A stretch of 64,000 bases of DNA from positions 63,426,001 to 63,490,000 of the forward strand of contig NC_092351.1 of the NCBI RefSeq assembly GCF_963676685.1, written 5' to 3'. The DNA is from Mytilus edulis (Eukaryota). The notes beneath the pieces were generated by a model that did no database searches, was not told where the DNA came from, and worked only from the letters and a program-made list of their open reading frames with translations. Both the position numbers and the translations under genes were made by a program. Position 1 is the stretch's first letter. Each line of letters starts with the position of its first letter. Positions 22,563 through 34,631 of the stretch are shown here, one piece after another.

Positions 22563-25500
22563 CACAAAAAACAAAAAATCTAAATTCAAATTAACAAATT
22601 TTGCAAAATTATGAAAAAATCAATAAATTAAAAGCAGTAATAAAAAAATGACAAACAGAAGGGGTGGTCTCTGCTGAAAGTTTCCCTTTCATCACCATAT
22701 TTACAGAAAAACTCTAAACATTGCTACACAGTTTCAATGAAAGGCCAGAATAATGATTTGTAGTTGCACTATGCAACTACAAATCATAGGTGGATATAAC
22801 GGCCTTATTTATTTAAAAACAAATATGTAACACATAATAAAAAAAGACAATCACTGAATTACAGGCTCCTGACTTGTGACGGGCACATACTCAATTCTAT
22901 TTAAAAACATCTTTAATTTCTTATTCATATTCATTCAACTTATCTTTAGATGTGTATGCTTTCGTGTGAAAATAAAACACTAACCACTATTGCCTTGGAT
23001 TAGGACTATTTTAAAATTTTAGAAAAAAGGGGGGATCTTCTGTATGTAAATTCAAAAGTCAATAGAAAGTTTTCCACAGACTCTGATAACAATCTATTTA
23101 TTTTTATCAGTATTTTGCAATCCTTAGTAGAGTCATAGTCCACAGCTGGTCATTTCTGGTCAGTCTTCTACAATATTGTGGAAATTAGACAATATCCTGC
23201 TGTGAAGACAAACAAGTGTGTTTGAATAAATGATGTATCAATTTTCTGTTAATTGGTAAATGTTCTGGCTATTTAGTTGTGACCTAAATTCTGACATTAG
23301 TTAATAATGTTATAGGACAAACCCTAAATTTCATCATAAAGTTAAGGATATATCAAATTGCACAATTTATTTGTGTTGATTAATCCGTATATATGAAAAA
23401 TACAGATTTTAATATATATTAGCTTGGTTGAAATTTTCATCTTCTTAATAAAATCACAAGTGTCTGAAGCTAATATTATATGTAAAAATTAATTTTGATG
23501 TGTTAACAAAGGTCATTAACTTAAAAGGCATCAAATATTTATCAAACCATGGAAGTATATATATACTACTATATTCAAGTCAAATGTTGTTGTTAAAATC
23601 TATTTTTTCACTCTTTTGGTCTTTTGGAAAATGTAGTTTGTGCTGTATTTAGACCCCTCTACAACCAAATTTGTTACATGCACACATATAACAATTAGAG
23701 TTTTTATATCAATAATTATGACATCTTGGATGGCTTTTTTAAATTTTGCTTTGACGCCTTCCGTCAATGAAAGATTGTAAAAGAAAAAATTACAATAGCC
23801 TTTCAAGACGTCACAGTTATTGTACCAATATACATGGGTAAACCTACAAAAATGTAGTTTTTAATCAGGAATATGTTAGGGCTAAGCTTTTAGATACGCT
23901 TCTCTTGGTTACGACTGCATATTGTGTAAAAATGTATTGCTGAGTAAATCCTGGATTTTTTAGCATATTTAGACAGAAACATAAATTCAAGACTTAAAAA
24001 TAAACACTGATGTCTGGCATGGGTATTGGTTCTAATCTTTACATTCAAATTTCCAGACATATTGACGACATCATGAGAAAAAAAATTCCAGTATCTTCTT
24101 AGCAGTGAAATAATTTTAAATTCTAGAATTCCAGAAAATTTTGGCAATGGTGAAAATATTTTCATGGAATTTTTATTTCACAAATGATGTCTTTCATAAG
24201 GCTTATTTCTGGAATAGCATTGTTTTGTCAATAATAATAAAATCACTAATCTGTCATTAATCAATCACTAATCCATCAGTAATCGGTCTTAAATCGATCA
24301 GTAATCTAATCAATCACTAATCGATCAAACTCCTGAGAGAGTTTGATCGATTACTGATCGATGACTTCAAGTCATCAATCAAGTACTGATCAAATATGAT
24401 CGATTAGTGTTCGATTACCGATCTGATCGATTAGTTAAGTCTGGCTTTAAGGATCATACGGGGAAAAAACAGTCTTGTCCCCTCTCCCTAGCCAATTCAA
24501 TTTCATGGCAATACAGTTTTCCAGGATTGTGCCCATAATCCTTCTTACACTCTGCTTTACCGTATCTCCTCCAGAAGTACTCAGGTGTTTGATCTGCAAC
24601 ATAATTATATGATGCTAGATGAAAATAAAATAAAAACAATTGCAAACAACAAGTAAGAGATAAACGTACCTACAGTTAATAATATGACATTTTTACATTG
24701 TTCTTGGTATCTTTCAAGCACAACCATCATAAAATATATGAGTAGAGGGAAAATACTGATGCCGATATAGGGCCTTGTAAAGCTTGCTATATACAATGTG
24801 GTTTTTTTCATTCTTGAAGGCCATACGGTTATAGATAGTTGCTAGTGTCATTCGGTCTCTTTTAGGTAGTAGTCTCATGGTCAATCAAACTAAAAAAAAT
24901 TATTTTCATGATTTTTTTTTAGTTTCATGAAATTTTATGCATGTTCAGGACGATAAGTGGTTTGGAATACAGAAAATAGTCATTCATTGTTGGTGGATAG
25001 TTGGTCTCATTGACAATCATTATACCACATCTTCTTGTCTTTACGTTTCTAGCATTTGATTAAAAAAATAATAAAAACAAGAACAGATTCCAGCTGTATA
25101 CGTACTTCCAGTACTTTTACTTTATGACTTTTAAATCAAATAAAAGTTAAATAAATGTATGTCGAATGATTCACATTAGTTATTTCTTTAGCTTGTGCAG
25201 ATTGTCTATTTTTTGGCAAACTCTCATGAACGTATTGTTTGCCTCAAGCCATAGACCTCTCTCAATTCCCTCCTTATAAACATTCAATTTAAAATCTTGG
25301 GCCCTCGAAAAGTCAGGCACATCGGCTCTGTTTTCAAGAAACTCCAGGCCCGCAGGATTGCTCTTCTTCCATGAATATCTTAACAATTTGTTATTGTTTA
25401 TTTTCCCTCCCTCCTCAAATGTTCTCTTTCTTGTACATTCAGGTTTTTTTGTAGTAGGTTTGTTGAAACAGGGGTGGACGTGACAGTCATCGATTCATCC

Positions 25501-26450
25501 ACTGACTCATCAATCTCGAACGAATTGGTGGGCATAAACGCTAATGTGCTGCTGGATATGATTTCTTCAATGATTTTTGGTGAACGATATGAATTATTCT
25601 TTATTTATTTATTTTTGTTTTGGGGGGGGGGGGGGGGGGTGCTGGTCGACGCTACTTTATTACATATCATTATGTGATATCTGCTTGTCTCTATCTATTT
25701 TGTTTTTAATTAAGGATGAGTTTATGCTGTTTCATGTCTCCTTGCTATTGACAGATTCTTTATTATCTCTACATAATTTTTAGCTTTGCATTGTCGTCTC
25801 TGTTAAAATCTTCGTCCAAAAGTTTCCCTATGTCTAGATAGTTCGGGATGCAATCCGATTTTACCAAACTAGATTCAAAACTAGAAGTTTTAGGCGCCTT
25901 TGGTACAGACTCAGTCCTCTGGCTTTCAGATGAGTCGGCTAGCTTCTGCTTCCACAACGTAATTTACCCCCAAGGGTGACTGGGGAATCGAAATATTGGT
26001 GTAAGTTAAATCGATAGGAAAGTCATGTAGAAAATCAATGACCTTTTTCATGGTACCTATCAGAAAATTGTTACAGTTGACTGTTATCTGTTCATGATTA
26101 ATATCGGAATCACTCCATTTCTCTGACAATTTTTCCTCTAACAATTAATGTCTGCAAAATGACAGAATGGCATCTTATGGCCTTACCATCTTCACAGACC
26201 AATTTAACATTTCAAAACTTTCCTGCACGGTATGCATCTTGCAGTCTATCGACGAGAAGGAGTAGAGAAAGTTTTGGACCTACGAGCTCCACACAGTTAC
26301 GAAAAGGATACAGGAAAGATAAAGAATAATTTCATACACCACTTCGTCCTTTGCATCTTGTTATTTTGGCCAAAGGACGTTGCAAACTCTAACTACCGAG
26401 TTTGTAAATAATCTTGAAATCCATTCATTCAAATTATGAATTATTTACGA

Positions 26451-26745
26451 GGCAGTAGTTAACACTTCGGTGTTGACATGAATATCAATTATGTGGTCAT
26501 TTTTATAAAATTCCTGTTTACAAAACTTTGAATTTTTCGAAAAACAAGGATTTTCTTGTCCCAGGCATAGATTACCTTAGCCGTATTTGACACAACGATT
26601 TGGAATTTTGGATCCTCAATGCTCTTCAACTGTGTACTTGTTTGGCTTTATAAATATTTTGATTTGAGCGTCACTGATATGTCTTATGTAGACGAAACGC
26701 GCGTCTGGCGTACTAAATTATAATCCTGGTACTTTGATAACTATT
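26451..26745 (+). mobile_element. Retrozyme-family insertion (~295 bp) absent from the paralogous copy
   Basis: Matches 62598-62892. The paralogue at ~48211-48235 reads TACGAGGTAGTTAAATTCACGTG with no insert. Confidence 0.85.
26668..26711 (+). ncRNA. Type I hammerhead ribozyme with mutated core (CUGAUAU), probably inactive
   Basis: GCGUCA-CUGAUAU-GUCU UAUGU AGAC-GAAA-CGCGCG-UC-UGGCGU. Confidence 0.75.
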
Positions 26746-27562
26746 GTTAAATGCACGTGCAACATGTACATTGAGCTACAAATTTTTCTTGTAATCTACA
26801 TCCGATATCACCTCGAGATGTGCACTTCAGTTAAAGCTAGTTTGTCTAACGCAATGGTGCGTTTATTGTTATCGTTTTGTAAATATTTTAAACATCGTAT
26901 TACGTACACACTAAATAGTTTTAAAATTACATTGATAGGAACTCTACATTTGTATTTGTGTATCAAATGAATTAATCTTTGAACTGATTAATCCACACGC
27001 TCACAGTTGTGTATTTCATGTGTTGCTATTTATAGGCACGTACATACCAAATGATGTAAGTATATCATATCGTGACGAAGCAAAACATACAAATTACAAC
27101 AGATTAATGTATCACAAAAGTTTTAACCATTAGTAAACAACAAATAAACTGTGCATGTTCATGAGGGGGTGCATGTCTTTCCCTAGTATATCCACACATT
27201 TTAATACTTCCTGGAGGAATTTAATTTCTTAAGTAATAGCAACGTCAAAGTAACTTACGTTGGGAGAAATATTGTATATATTTTAACACGAACTGACAAG
27301 GAGAATGTGGCGTAAATCAGACTGAGTACATAGAGGTAAATTAGCGAAATATATTGCATTATGCATCTATGCTGGTTATTTCTTTTTTGTACGTAAGAAG
27401 AGTTGGGTACATGAAATATATATAAAACTTAATTCTTATTCTTAACTGCTACTTCAGCATCGCATGTGTTCACATCTGCTTCTTTACTCTAAAAATTGTG
27501 GTTTGTTTAAATAATTTGATGGTTGGCAAAATATTAACAAGAGGCTAAAAATCTTAAGGTTT

Positions 27563-27710
27563 GGCCTCTTGTATACCCAAACTTTTGATAAATATGTCAA
27601 AGTATTTGCATAAAGGAAAATACTGCCAAACAGATTAGCCTCTTGTATACCTAAACTTTTGATAAATATGTCAAAGTATTTGCATAAAGGAATATACTGC
27701 CAAACAGATT
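27563..27710. repeat. Tandem duplication of a ~75-bp unit
   Basis: GCCTCTTGTATACC(C/T)AAACTTTTGATAAATATGTCAAAGTATTTGCATAAAGGAA(A/T)ATACTGCCAAACAGATT occurs twice. Confidence 0.85.
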
Positions 27711-28188
27711 GGGAAACTGCTTCCCTGACTGTTAAAAACAATAACTTTCAAGGCCAATATTATATATTTCATAATAAAATTAAAATAAGAAAGTTACTGT
27801 TAAGAAACTCAGATAATCCAGTTTACCAGGTATATAAAGAACAATTAATATGAAATTGAGGGGATGCGGTATGATTGCCAATGAGACACCTCTCCACCAA
27901 GTAACGTAAAAGAAAATATCTACATGTCACCATAAATTGCCAGGAGTAAAACAATGGTGAGTGCCCAAACATTTCTCTGACCAGAGATAGTGATATTACA
28001 GCACTATAATATGATTCTGAAAAAGTTATATTTCCATTGCAAAGATCAATTATGTGTAGAACCTTAACATGTCTTATTATTTCTTATTTGACAAAAAATA
28101 TAAAATGAAAGCTATATTTGGCTATTTTCACTCTGGTTTTATCTAGAGTAGTTCTGAAGTCTCCATCTTTTTGAGGTTGTCAAAACGA

Positions 28189-29120
28189 TGCCGTATTTGG
28201 CAAAACCTTTTCAACTTTTGATCTTCAGTGCTGTACAACTTTGTACCTTTTTCACTTTCGATCTTTTATATCTGGGCGTTATGTATTCGGGTTTAGTTTT
28301 CTGTAATTAGTTAATACTTCAGTTTCTTTATGTATATCTCTTTCATATTCATTTGATAAAATTTACTGTTTGCAATAGCATGAATTGTTCTATATAATAA
28401 GAATGTTCTTATCCCGGGCATAAAAACAATGTCGTATTTGGCGAAACCTGTTCAACTTTTTATCCCCAGTGCTGTACAACTTTGTACTTTTTTCACTTTC
28501 GATCTTTTATATCTGGGCGTCACTTGTAAGTCCTGTGTGGACAAGGCGCGTTTTTGGCGTATTGAATTTTAAACCTGATGCTTTTTGTTATCTATTAATC
28601 ATGTTTTTCTTTGTCTAATATGTTCTCCTATTTATTTGTATTGTAGTCCTGTAATATTATGTTGTCATTTCAATGTTATATTTAACTTTGCCATTAAAGT
28701 GCGAGGTTTGGCATGCCACAAAACCAGGTTCAACCCACCACTTTTATTCCCCTTTAAAAGTGTCCTGTACCAAGTCAGGAAGATGGCCATTGTTATATTA
28801 TTGTTCGTTTCTGTGTGTGTTGCATTTTAACGTTGAGTCGTTTGTGTTTTCTCTTATTTTTGAGATATTGAGATCAGACGTGGCACGGTACTTGTCTATC
28901 CCAAATTCATGTATTTGGTTTTCTTGTTATATTTGTTATTCTCGTGGTGTTTTGTCTGATGCTTGGTCCGTTTCTGTGTGTGTTACGTTTCGGTGTTATG
29001 TCGTTGTTCTCCTCTTATATTTAATGCGTTTCCCTCGGTTTTAGTTTGTTACCCCGATTTTGTTTTTTGTCCCTGGATTTATGAGTTTTGAACAGCGGTA
29101 TACTACTGTTGCCTTTATTT
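28189..29120 (+). mobile_element. Second retrozyme/Penelope-associated repeat family with a partial tandem repeat and a decayed hammerhead
   Basis: 28189-28280 is repeated at 28430-28520. Homologous to the 62.4-kb family (TTCTTATCCCGGGCATA, CGTATTTGGC, CAACTTTGTAC). The hammerhead-position motif GCGTCA-CTTGTAA-GTCC TGTGT GGAC-AAGG-CGCG..TGGCGT lies at 28517-28560. Confidence 0.6.
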
Positions 29121-29739
29121 AGTCCCTGCCCTCGTGAATTTGCTAAGTCAGCACGGAAAAACAACAAAGGCATCACCTTTCTGATACGAAATATCGAGGG
29201 CTGCTTTCTTTTTAAGTCTTTTGCATGATTTTCTAGATTGTTTCTCCATCAACTGTAACATCTGCACTCTCAATTAACTTCACATTCGTCTGAAATGCAA
29301 TAGTTCCATACTTGATATATTACAAAGTGAATATGTGATGATAATGATGTCATTACGAGACAACACGATTATCTTCAAATGATATTATACTTTCAAGTAA
29401 AATATACAAATAAATACCAATAAACCTTAAATGTATGAGGAGTTAGTAATTCTACGTTAATACTGTTATAGAGTGTAAACATTTAACATGTAGAAGTAAA
29501 TTTTAATTACTAAACAAAAAACAATAAAGAGAAGGATTTCCTTAAAAAGTTATGTGTCCTCATCAGGTATTTATTACTTCGTTTAAAAGTTCTAAATGCA
29601 TATATTTATTAAATGATATGGTAAAACCCTAATACGGATAAATCAGCATGTGCAATACTGAAAACGTTCCACAAGATTTGATATTGCTCTTCGAACAGGG
29701 CCAATACGGAAAATTTTATATCATCTTGTACAACAAATG

Positions 29740-29911
29740 ATTAAAAACATATAAAGAAATTATAAAATCTAATCCGGTAGATGGCTCAGAAGTGAGACAT
29801 GATCTTTTAACATTCCCTTAAATATGTCACCAGTCACATTAAATATCAAGTATTATGCACGATTTATCAGAAAGAATTCTGGAACATATACGTAACTAAC
29901 CTTTTGGTCGA
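29740..29911 (+). repeat. Displaced piece of the segmental duplication (paralogue 45557-45730)
   Basis: AAAACATATAAAGAAATTA..CCGGTAGATGG..AACCTTTTGGTCGATAC in both places. Confidence 0.85.
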
Positions 29912-30039
29912 TACTTGTTACTGTTTTCTGCTGCATCATCTGAAATCTGAAAGAGAAAATGAAACTTTGGTGCCACCTGACAGGTTCTCAATTTTATGAA
30001 GATTAATGTTATGTTGTTTGTAGTAATAAATTGAACCGC

Positions 30040-30340
30040 TGTTGTATCCACTGACGATTTACCTCGTTCATCATTGCTTGGCTTTTCTTTGACGAATATC
30101 TTTGAAAGACCTCGTCACAGTGAAAGCATGGGAACTGCATCTTCGTGTGCTTGCTGAAATGGTGAAACCTTCGAACTTGTCGGCATTTGAACTCCTTGTC
30201 ACAGTCTGTCCCAAGAAATGTTTTACTACAACCATATAGATTTGGTATTTTACGAACGTACAACCCGTAGTCTTGTATGCCGACAGGCTGTTGATACCTA
30301 CACTGTACTTTACCTCATCGAATTTCATAATGATTTTTTC
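30040..30340 (-). pseudogene. C2H2 zinc-finger fragment
   Basis: DCDKEFKCRQVRRFHHFSKH followed by FPCFHCDEVFQRYSS, broken by frameshifts. Confidence 0.5.
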
Positions 30341-30476
30341 CTCTTTGCGATGGATGGAAATTCTCATAAAAAATTAGGTTGTGCATTAAATCAAATTTAA
30401 AACTGACATCTGTTAAATACTGTTCATATTTATGGCTCTGTTGGTTCTACATATTTTTTTCTCTTGCCCATTTCAG

Positions 30477-30790
30477 TCATGGAATTATTATTTTCAGTGC
30501 CTCATGATGGCTGTAATATGTTGGAATAACAGCAATCTGTGTATCAAGACATCCTTTTACATACACATGATCAATAAGAGTCCCACCTTCTGTTGTTGGA
30601 CTATAAAGCTGTATGAAGCCTTTTGATGACATGAAATTAAATACTGTACAACCACCTTTCAAACTATCTTGATTAAAATCACAGATAACAACATGTGTTT
30701 CTGATAAGTCTTCTTACTTACATATTAATATCTCCAAAAATTTTCCTAGATTATACTTCCGAGTTCTGTATACAGTAGCAACTAAAATAT
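30477..30790 (-). pseudogene. AP-endonuclease (EEP) C-terminus typical of Helentron/Helitron2 RepHel-EN
   Basis: VATVYR..VVICDFNQD..SPTTEGGTLIDHVYV..PTYYSHHEAL*, ending the protein as in Helentrons. Confidence 0.6.
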
Positions 30791-30974
30791 GTTAACTTGA
30801 TTTCTTGAAAACAACACATTCTAAAAAAAGAGGGACGAAAGATACCAAAGGGACAGTCAAACTCATAAATCTAAAACAAACTGACAACGCCATGGCTAAA
30901 AATGAAAAAGACAAACAGAAAAACAATAGGTTTGACGTCAATTTGCATATTTCAGTTTCTCGAGAAAGCTTGCA

Positions 30975-31394
30975 CCCCAAGGATGACTGGGTATAGAAAT
31001 ATGGTCACTTGGTCTTCTCCCGACCGGCAGTAAAACGCTTGCTGAAGTGGGGCGTCCGTTTGGCTGTGCGGGATGTATCAAGTTCGCAGTCACGTCCGTC
31101 AGAAGGGGACGTTAAATCCGATGCCTCGTGTAAAGAGATTGCCACGCTCCTTGCACGTTAAGAACCCTTGCAACAACTCTTTGAGGGGTCCGTAGGTGGC
31201 CTGTTGCAAGGCAAAATTTCTGTCCCTATCCAATATACCCTCATTTTCCAGTGGCAGTCCAAATTCCACCGACCATCATCACAGATGGCCTCTATCGTAT
31301 CCACCTACCTATTGTATTTTTTTGTGAACTTGTTCTCGTCCTCAATATGCATGAAATATTTGCCACTGGACGTTAAGCAACCATCAATCAATCA
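30975..31394 (+). mobile_element. Full-length copy of the Deu/Nin-like SINE
   Basis: Reverse complement of 5567-5993 at high identity. Ends CAATCAATCA. Confidence 0.85.
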
Positions 31395-31526
31395 GAAATA
31401 GGCGGAAACAAACTGTATTGACTCTTGGGCTAATACAGGATGTTCACATCCGGTTTTCAATTTGCTTATGCCATTACTTTACTATAGAACTATCGTTATG
31501 CATAAACAGGATTGTATTATATTTTT

Positions 31527-31620
31527 ACCCCCAAGGGTGACTGGGGTATAGAAATATGGTCACTTGGTCTTCTCCCGACCGGCAGTAAACGCTTGCCGAA
31601 GTGGGGCGTCCGTTTGGCTG
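31527..31620 (+). mobile_element. Head-only (5' ~94 nt) fragment of the same SINE, abutting the P transposase fragment
   Basis: ACCCCCAAGGGTGACTGGGGTATAGAAATATGG..CGTTTGGCTG, then an abrupt switch to the transposase antisense strand. Confidence 0.85.
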
Positions 31621-32513
31621 CAACTCTAATATTCACCATTGAATGGTTAAATTGTTCTAATGTTGGGTTGGTGTTGCATCCACCACTACTTCTGACGATA
31701 CAAAAATACTGCTCAATGGGGTCTTGGTTGAAATGGTCTGTAAGAACATAAGGGACTACTTTGGTTAACATAATTTTGACGCATTCAACAACGGATTTCA
31801 CTGTAATTTCTAACCCTTGAAGTGTTTGGTAACTCAGCTGCATTTTAGATGTTTCCGATTTCGAAAATTGACCTGCTCTATTGGTAACATTTGCCTTCCA
31901 CTCGTTGAAATACTCCAAAAAATCACTTGCAAGATACTGAAGTCTTTGGTCATCTACAGAGGTGTATGGTGCTACATTTTCATTTCTGGTGTTTCTTGCT
32001 TCATATAGACTTCTGGTATCTAAGCAGTCGAAAAACTTGTTCATGTGCCTTATGAAACAGACTGTCTCGCTCGTCTCTGCACCATACACTAACTCTATTG
32101 CATTTGCAACCGTGGAGCTTAGAACTTGGGCAGCAAGAGACACTTTCATGCAACCAAAGGATGAAATGTCTACATGATTTCTTGTTAACTTAGGACACAA
32201 GCGTAATCCCCCAGAGCAGTGGTCCTTGAATAGGTTTACTATATGCAGCCATGAAATGTCTTTGCTGTTTTTCCACAATTGTCTGGACTTCTTGTGCGAA
32301 TATGAATTGCTCATACAGTTTCTAGCTGTTTTGAGTAAGTGTGGAGCATCACCGATGACGTATATATGTCTTCCGTCATCTGCATATCGGTTTGTAGCTC
32401 TGTAAACAATGCCATTTTGATTGTTAGCATGAAGACGGATGAATCGTCTGTTTGGGGAGGCTCCGTCTGATGTTATAAATAAGACTTTGAGTCTCGTATC
32501 AAGTTCTAAAATT
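31621..32513 (-). pseudogene. P-element (THAP9-like) transposase, catalytic region, downstream of the L1 insertion
   Basis: LKVLFITSDGASPNRRF..IGDAPHLLKTARN..MKVSLAAQVLS..NKFFDCLD..FNQDPIEQYF..RSSGGCNTNPT. Confidence 0.88.
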
Positions 32514-32777
32514 GTGAGATTTATGCATTACGAAGACAAACAAGTGATAATGCAAAATGCATACAAAGTTGCAAATAAAAAAATCAGAATAGTTGATGAT
32601 TTACCTGTCATAATGAAAGAGGCACGAAATGATCTCGCAAAAGCTGCATTTAAAATAAGAAATGACGAGAAATTACAAACCAGAATAAAAGTAAGAGGCA
32701 TAGTCCTGGTCCTAGAAACACGACTCAACTCAAAGGATGTGTGGAACACGCGCAAAACAATTAATTGTGTGAGATGA
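32514..32777 (+). pseudogene. L1 ORF1 C-terminal fragment (RRM/CTD)
   Basis: VRFMHYEDKQVIMQNAYK..KIRIVDDLPVIMKEAR resembles the L1 ORF1p RRM-CTD. The first 25 aa of the listed ORF 32439 are P-transposase antisense. Confidence 0.7.
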
Positions 32778-34631
32778 TACGAGTACATGTATGACTGTGA
32801 CTAGTTATGGAAACTGTAAATACAGGCTACACGATAGTATATTGTGCTTTTCTTTGTTGTTTCTATGACTGAAATACTTATCATACAACTTATACATATT
32901 AAATTTGTTCAATCTTTTGTAGGACTTGCTTGTCAGTAAGTATATTGCTGCTTTGAATTTGTTTTTGCTTGTGCATCTGTTTTTTGCTTGTGTGCTTTAT
33001 TTTCATTTATGCTTTTGTTTGAAGTTGCAATCATAAAGTACAATATATATATACATAGACTGCATGTTAGTTCATAGTCTTATTATTTAAGCTTAATTTT
33101 TTCTCTTCTTTAGTTTAAACCATAAATACATGTGTTACTTATCATCTTTCTTTGGTACATACAGGAAGACCCGAATACTGAAGAAAATGCCTTATGAGTC
33201 CATTATAAAAACAGATGTTTTAAAAAAGGAAAAAGGAAAAAAAATGATGTAAAAATTATCTATAAATGAGTAAAGAAATAAACTTAGATCAATATTTTAG
33301 CATTCTAATATTTAGTGCTTTCATAATGACCAATCCCGTGAGATTTGAACTACAGGGACAACAACCCAACAACACGCCTTAAATCAAACAAACACAAAAG
33401 TGTTAAATCTGTAGTGTTTTTGGAATTTGAAAGGGATATATTCTTTGGACTAAATTGTTGATATTTCAAACTTTAAATTTTCTTTACCTAGTATGTTTTA
33501 CATCAGCATCTGCACCCTTTTATCAAAATTAAGACTACATAGTACTGTATGTACCAACCATGTTCCTCCTTGATACATGTATGTTCAAATGTACAAAAAT
33601 ATACTGTTAGAATTATTAGTTTTAACAGGATTTTTGAAATTCTATTCATTGCTCTAACATAATTCAATGCTTCCTTATGCTGTATGTTTAGCTTTCACTT
33701 TAACTATTTAGTACTATTTTGCTGTACTTAGGTTTAACATGTGCATTTGACAAGAGCCACTACTTTGCAAGTTTCTTGACTACATATATACTTGCACTAT
33801 TTATAGTCTGGTCAAAATCAAACTATATATTGTTTTAAGATAAGAAATATTCAGTACCGGGTAAACAAACTATGAACCTGAATGCATAAAGTACCAGCTT
33901 TCTTTCTCTCTAAAACATATACAGCTGGGCAAAAGAGTAAAATCTCTGTACACACAAATCATACATAGATGTCTGATTTTTGATATAAAAAAGAAATAAA
34001 TTGTTTTTCTTCATTATCTTTAACTTTTAACTTTACTACAATGTATTTGGATATATATTTGGATGAATTAATATAAGATATATATATATATATATATATA
34101 TTTAAATGACTAAGTTAACTATCATATCAATCAATGACTCTCACAAATCATTATATTGATTTATGATGTAAGGGAGATAATCATCTCTAGCTAGTTTTAA
34201 TGATAAAGATATTACACATAGAGAACATCATTTCTGTTATTTAAAAGAAAATAGAACAATAGTGGATATGTTGCTTTTTGAACAACATAATTTGTTTTTA
34301 ACCATTTGATTTTCTTGCTTTGTCTCTTTTTGATTATATATGATCTCATTTTTTTCTTCTTTCTATTTTTACATTTTACAAATTGTATGTCTTTTTTCTC
34401 TATTTCATGTTATTGGCACAGTAATGTATAATATATTATGCAGCATTGTTGGTGTATTCTGGTTACAATTTGAATTCTTCTCAGACATGGCAGGTGAGAT
34501 CAGACATCTCAAAGATATTTTCACATTCACACACTTTAAGTACACAGCTGTATGGGTTTTTTCTTGGTTTTCTTTTATGCATTTAACAAAATACATATTT
34601 TTGTTTTTTAAAATAGAAATATCATTTGAAA

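Larger units (their letters stand above)
20582..24444. mobile_element. 3.86-kb non-autonomous foldback DNA transposon with ~550-bp TIRs (CCAGAC...GTCTGG)
   Basis: TIRs 20582-~21130 and ~23710-24444 have GATC-rich subterminal repeats. Flanked by CTTTAA on both sides. The empty site CATCTTTAAGGATCATACGG is present in the paralogue at ~45998-46017. Confidence 0.9.
20482..27160 (+). repeat. Segmental duplication copy 1 (paralogue 45898-53727)
   Basis: 20482-20581 plus 24445-27110 align at high identity to 45898-48580. 27112-27160 aligns to 53678-53727. Confidence 0.9.

Noticed and set aside
25622-25639. Poly-G run (longer at 47374-47399) as a G-quadruplex element
   Set aside because: A length-variable homopolymer within a decayed duplicated region, with no evidence of function.
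32439-32513. N-terminus of the listed 112-aa ORF
   Set aside because: It is the antisense of the P transposase plus the TSD, in frame with L1 ORF1 by chance.
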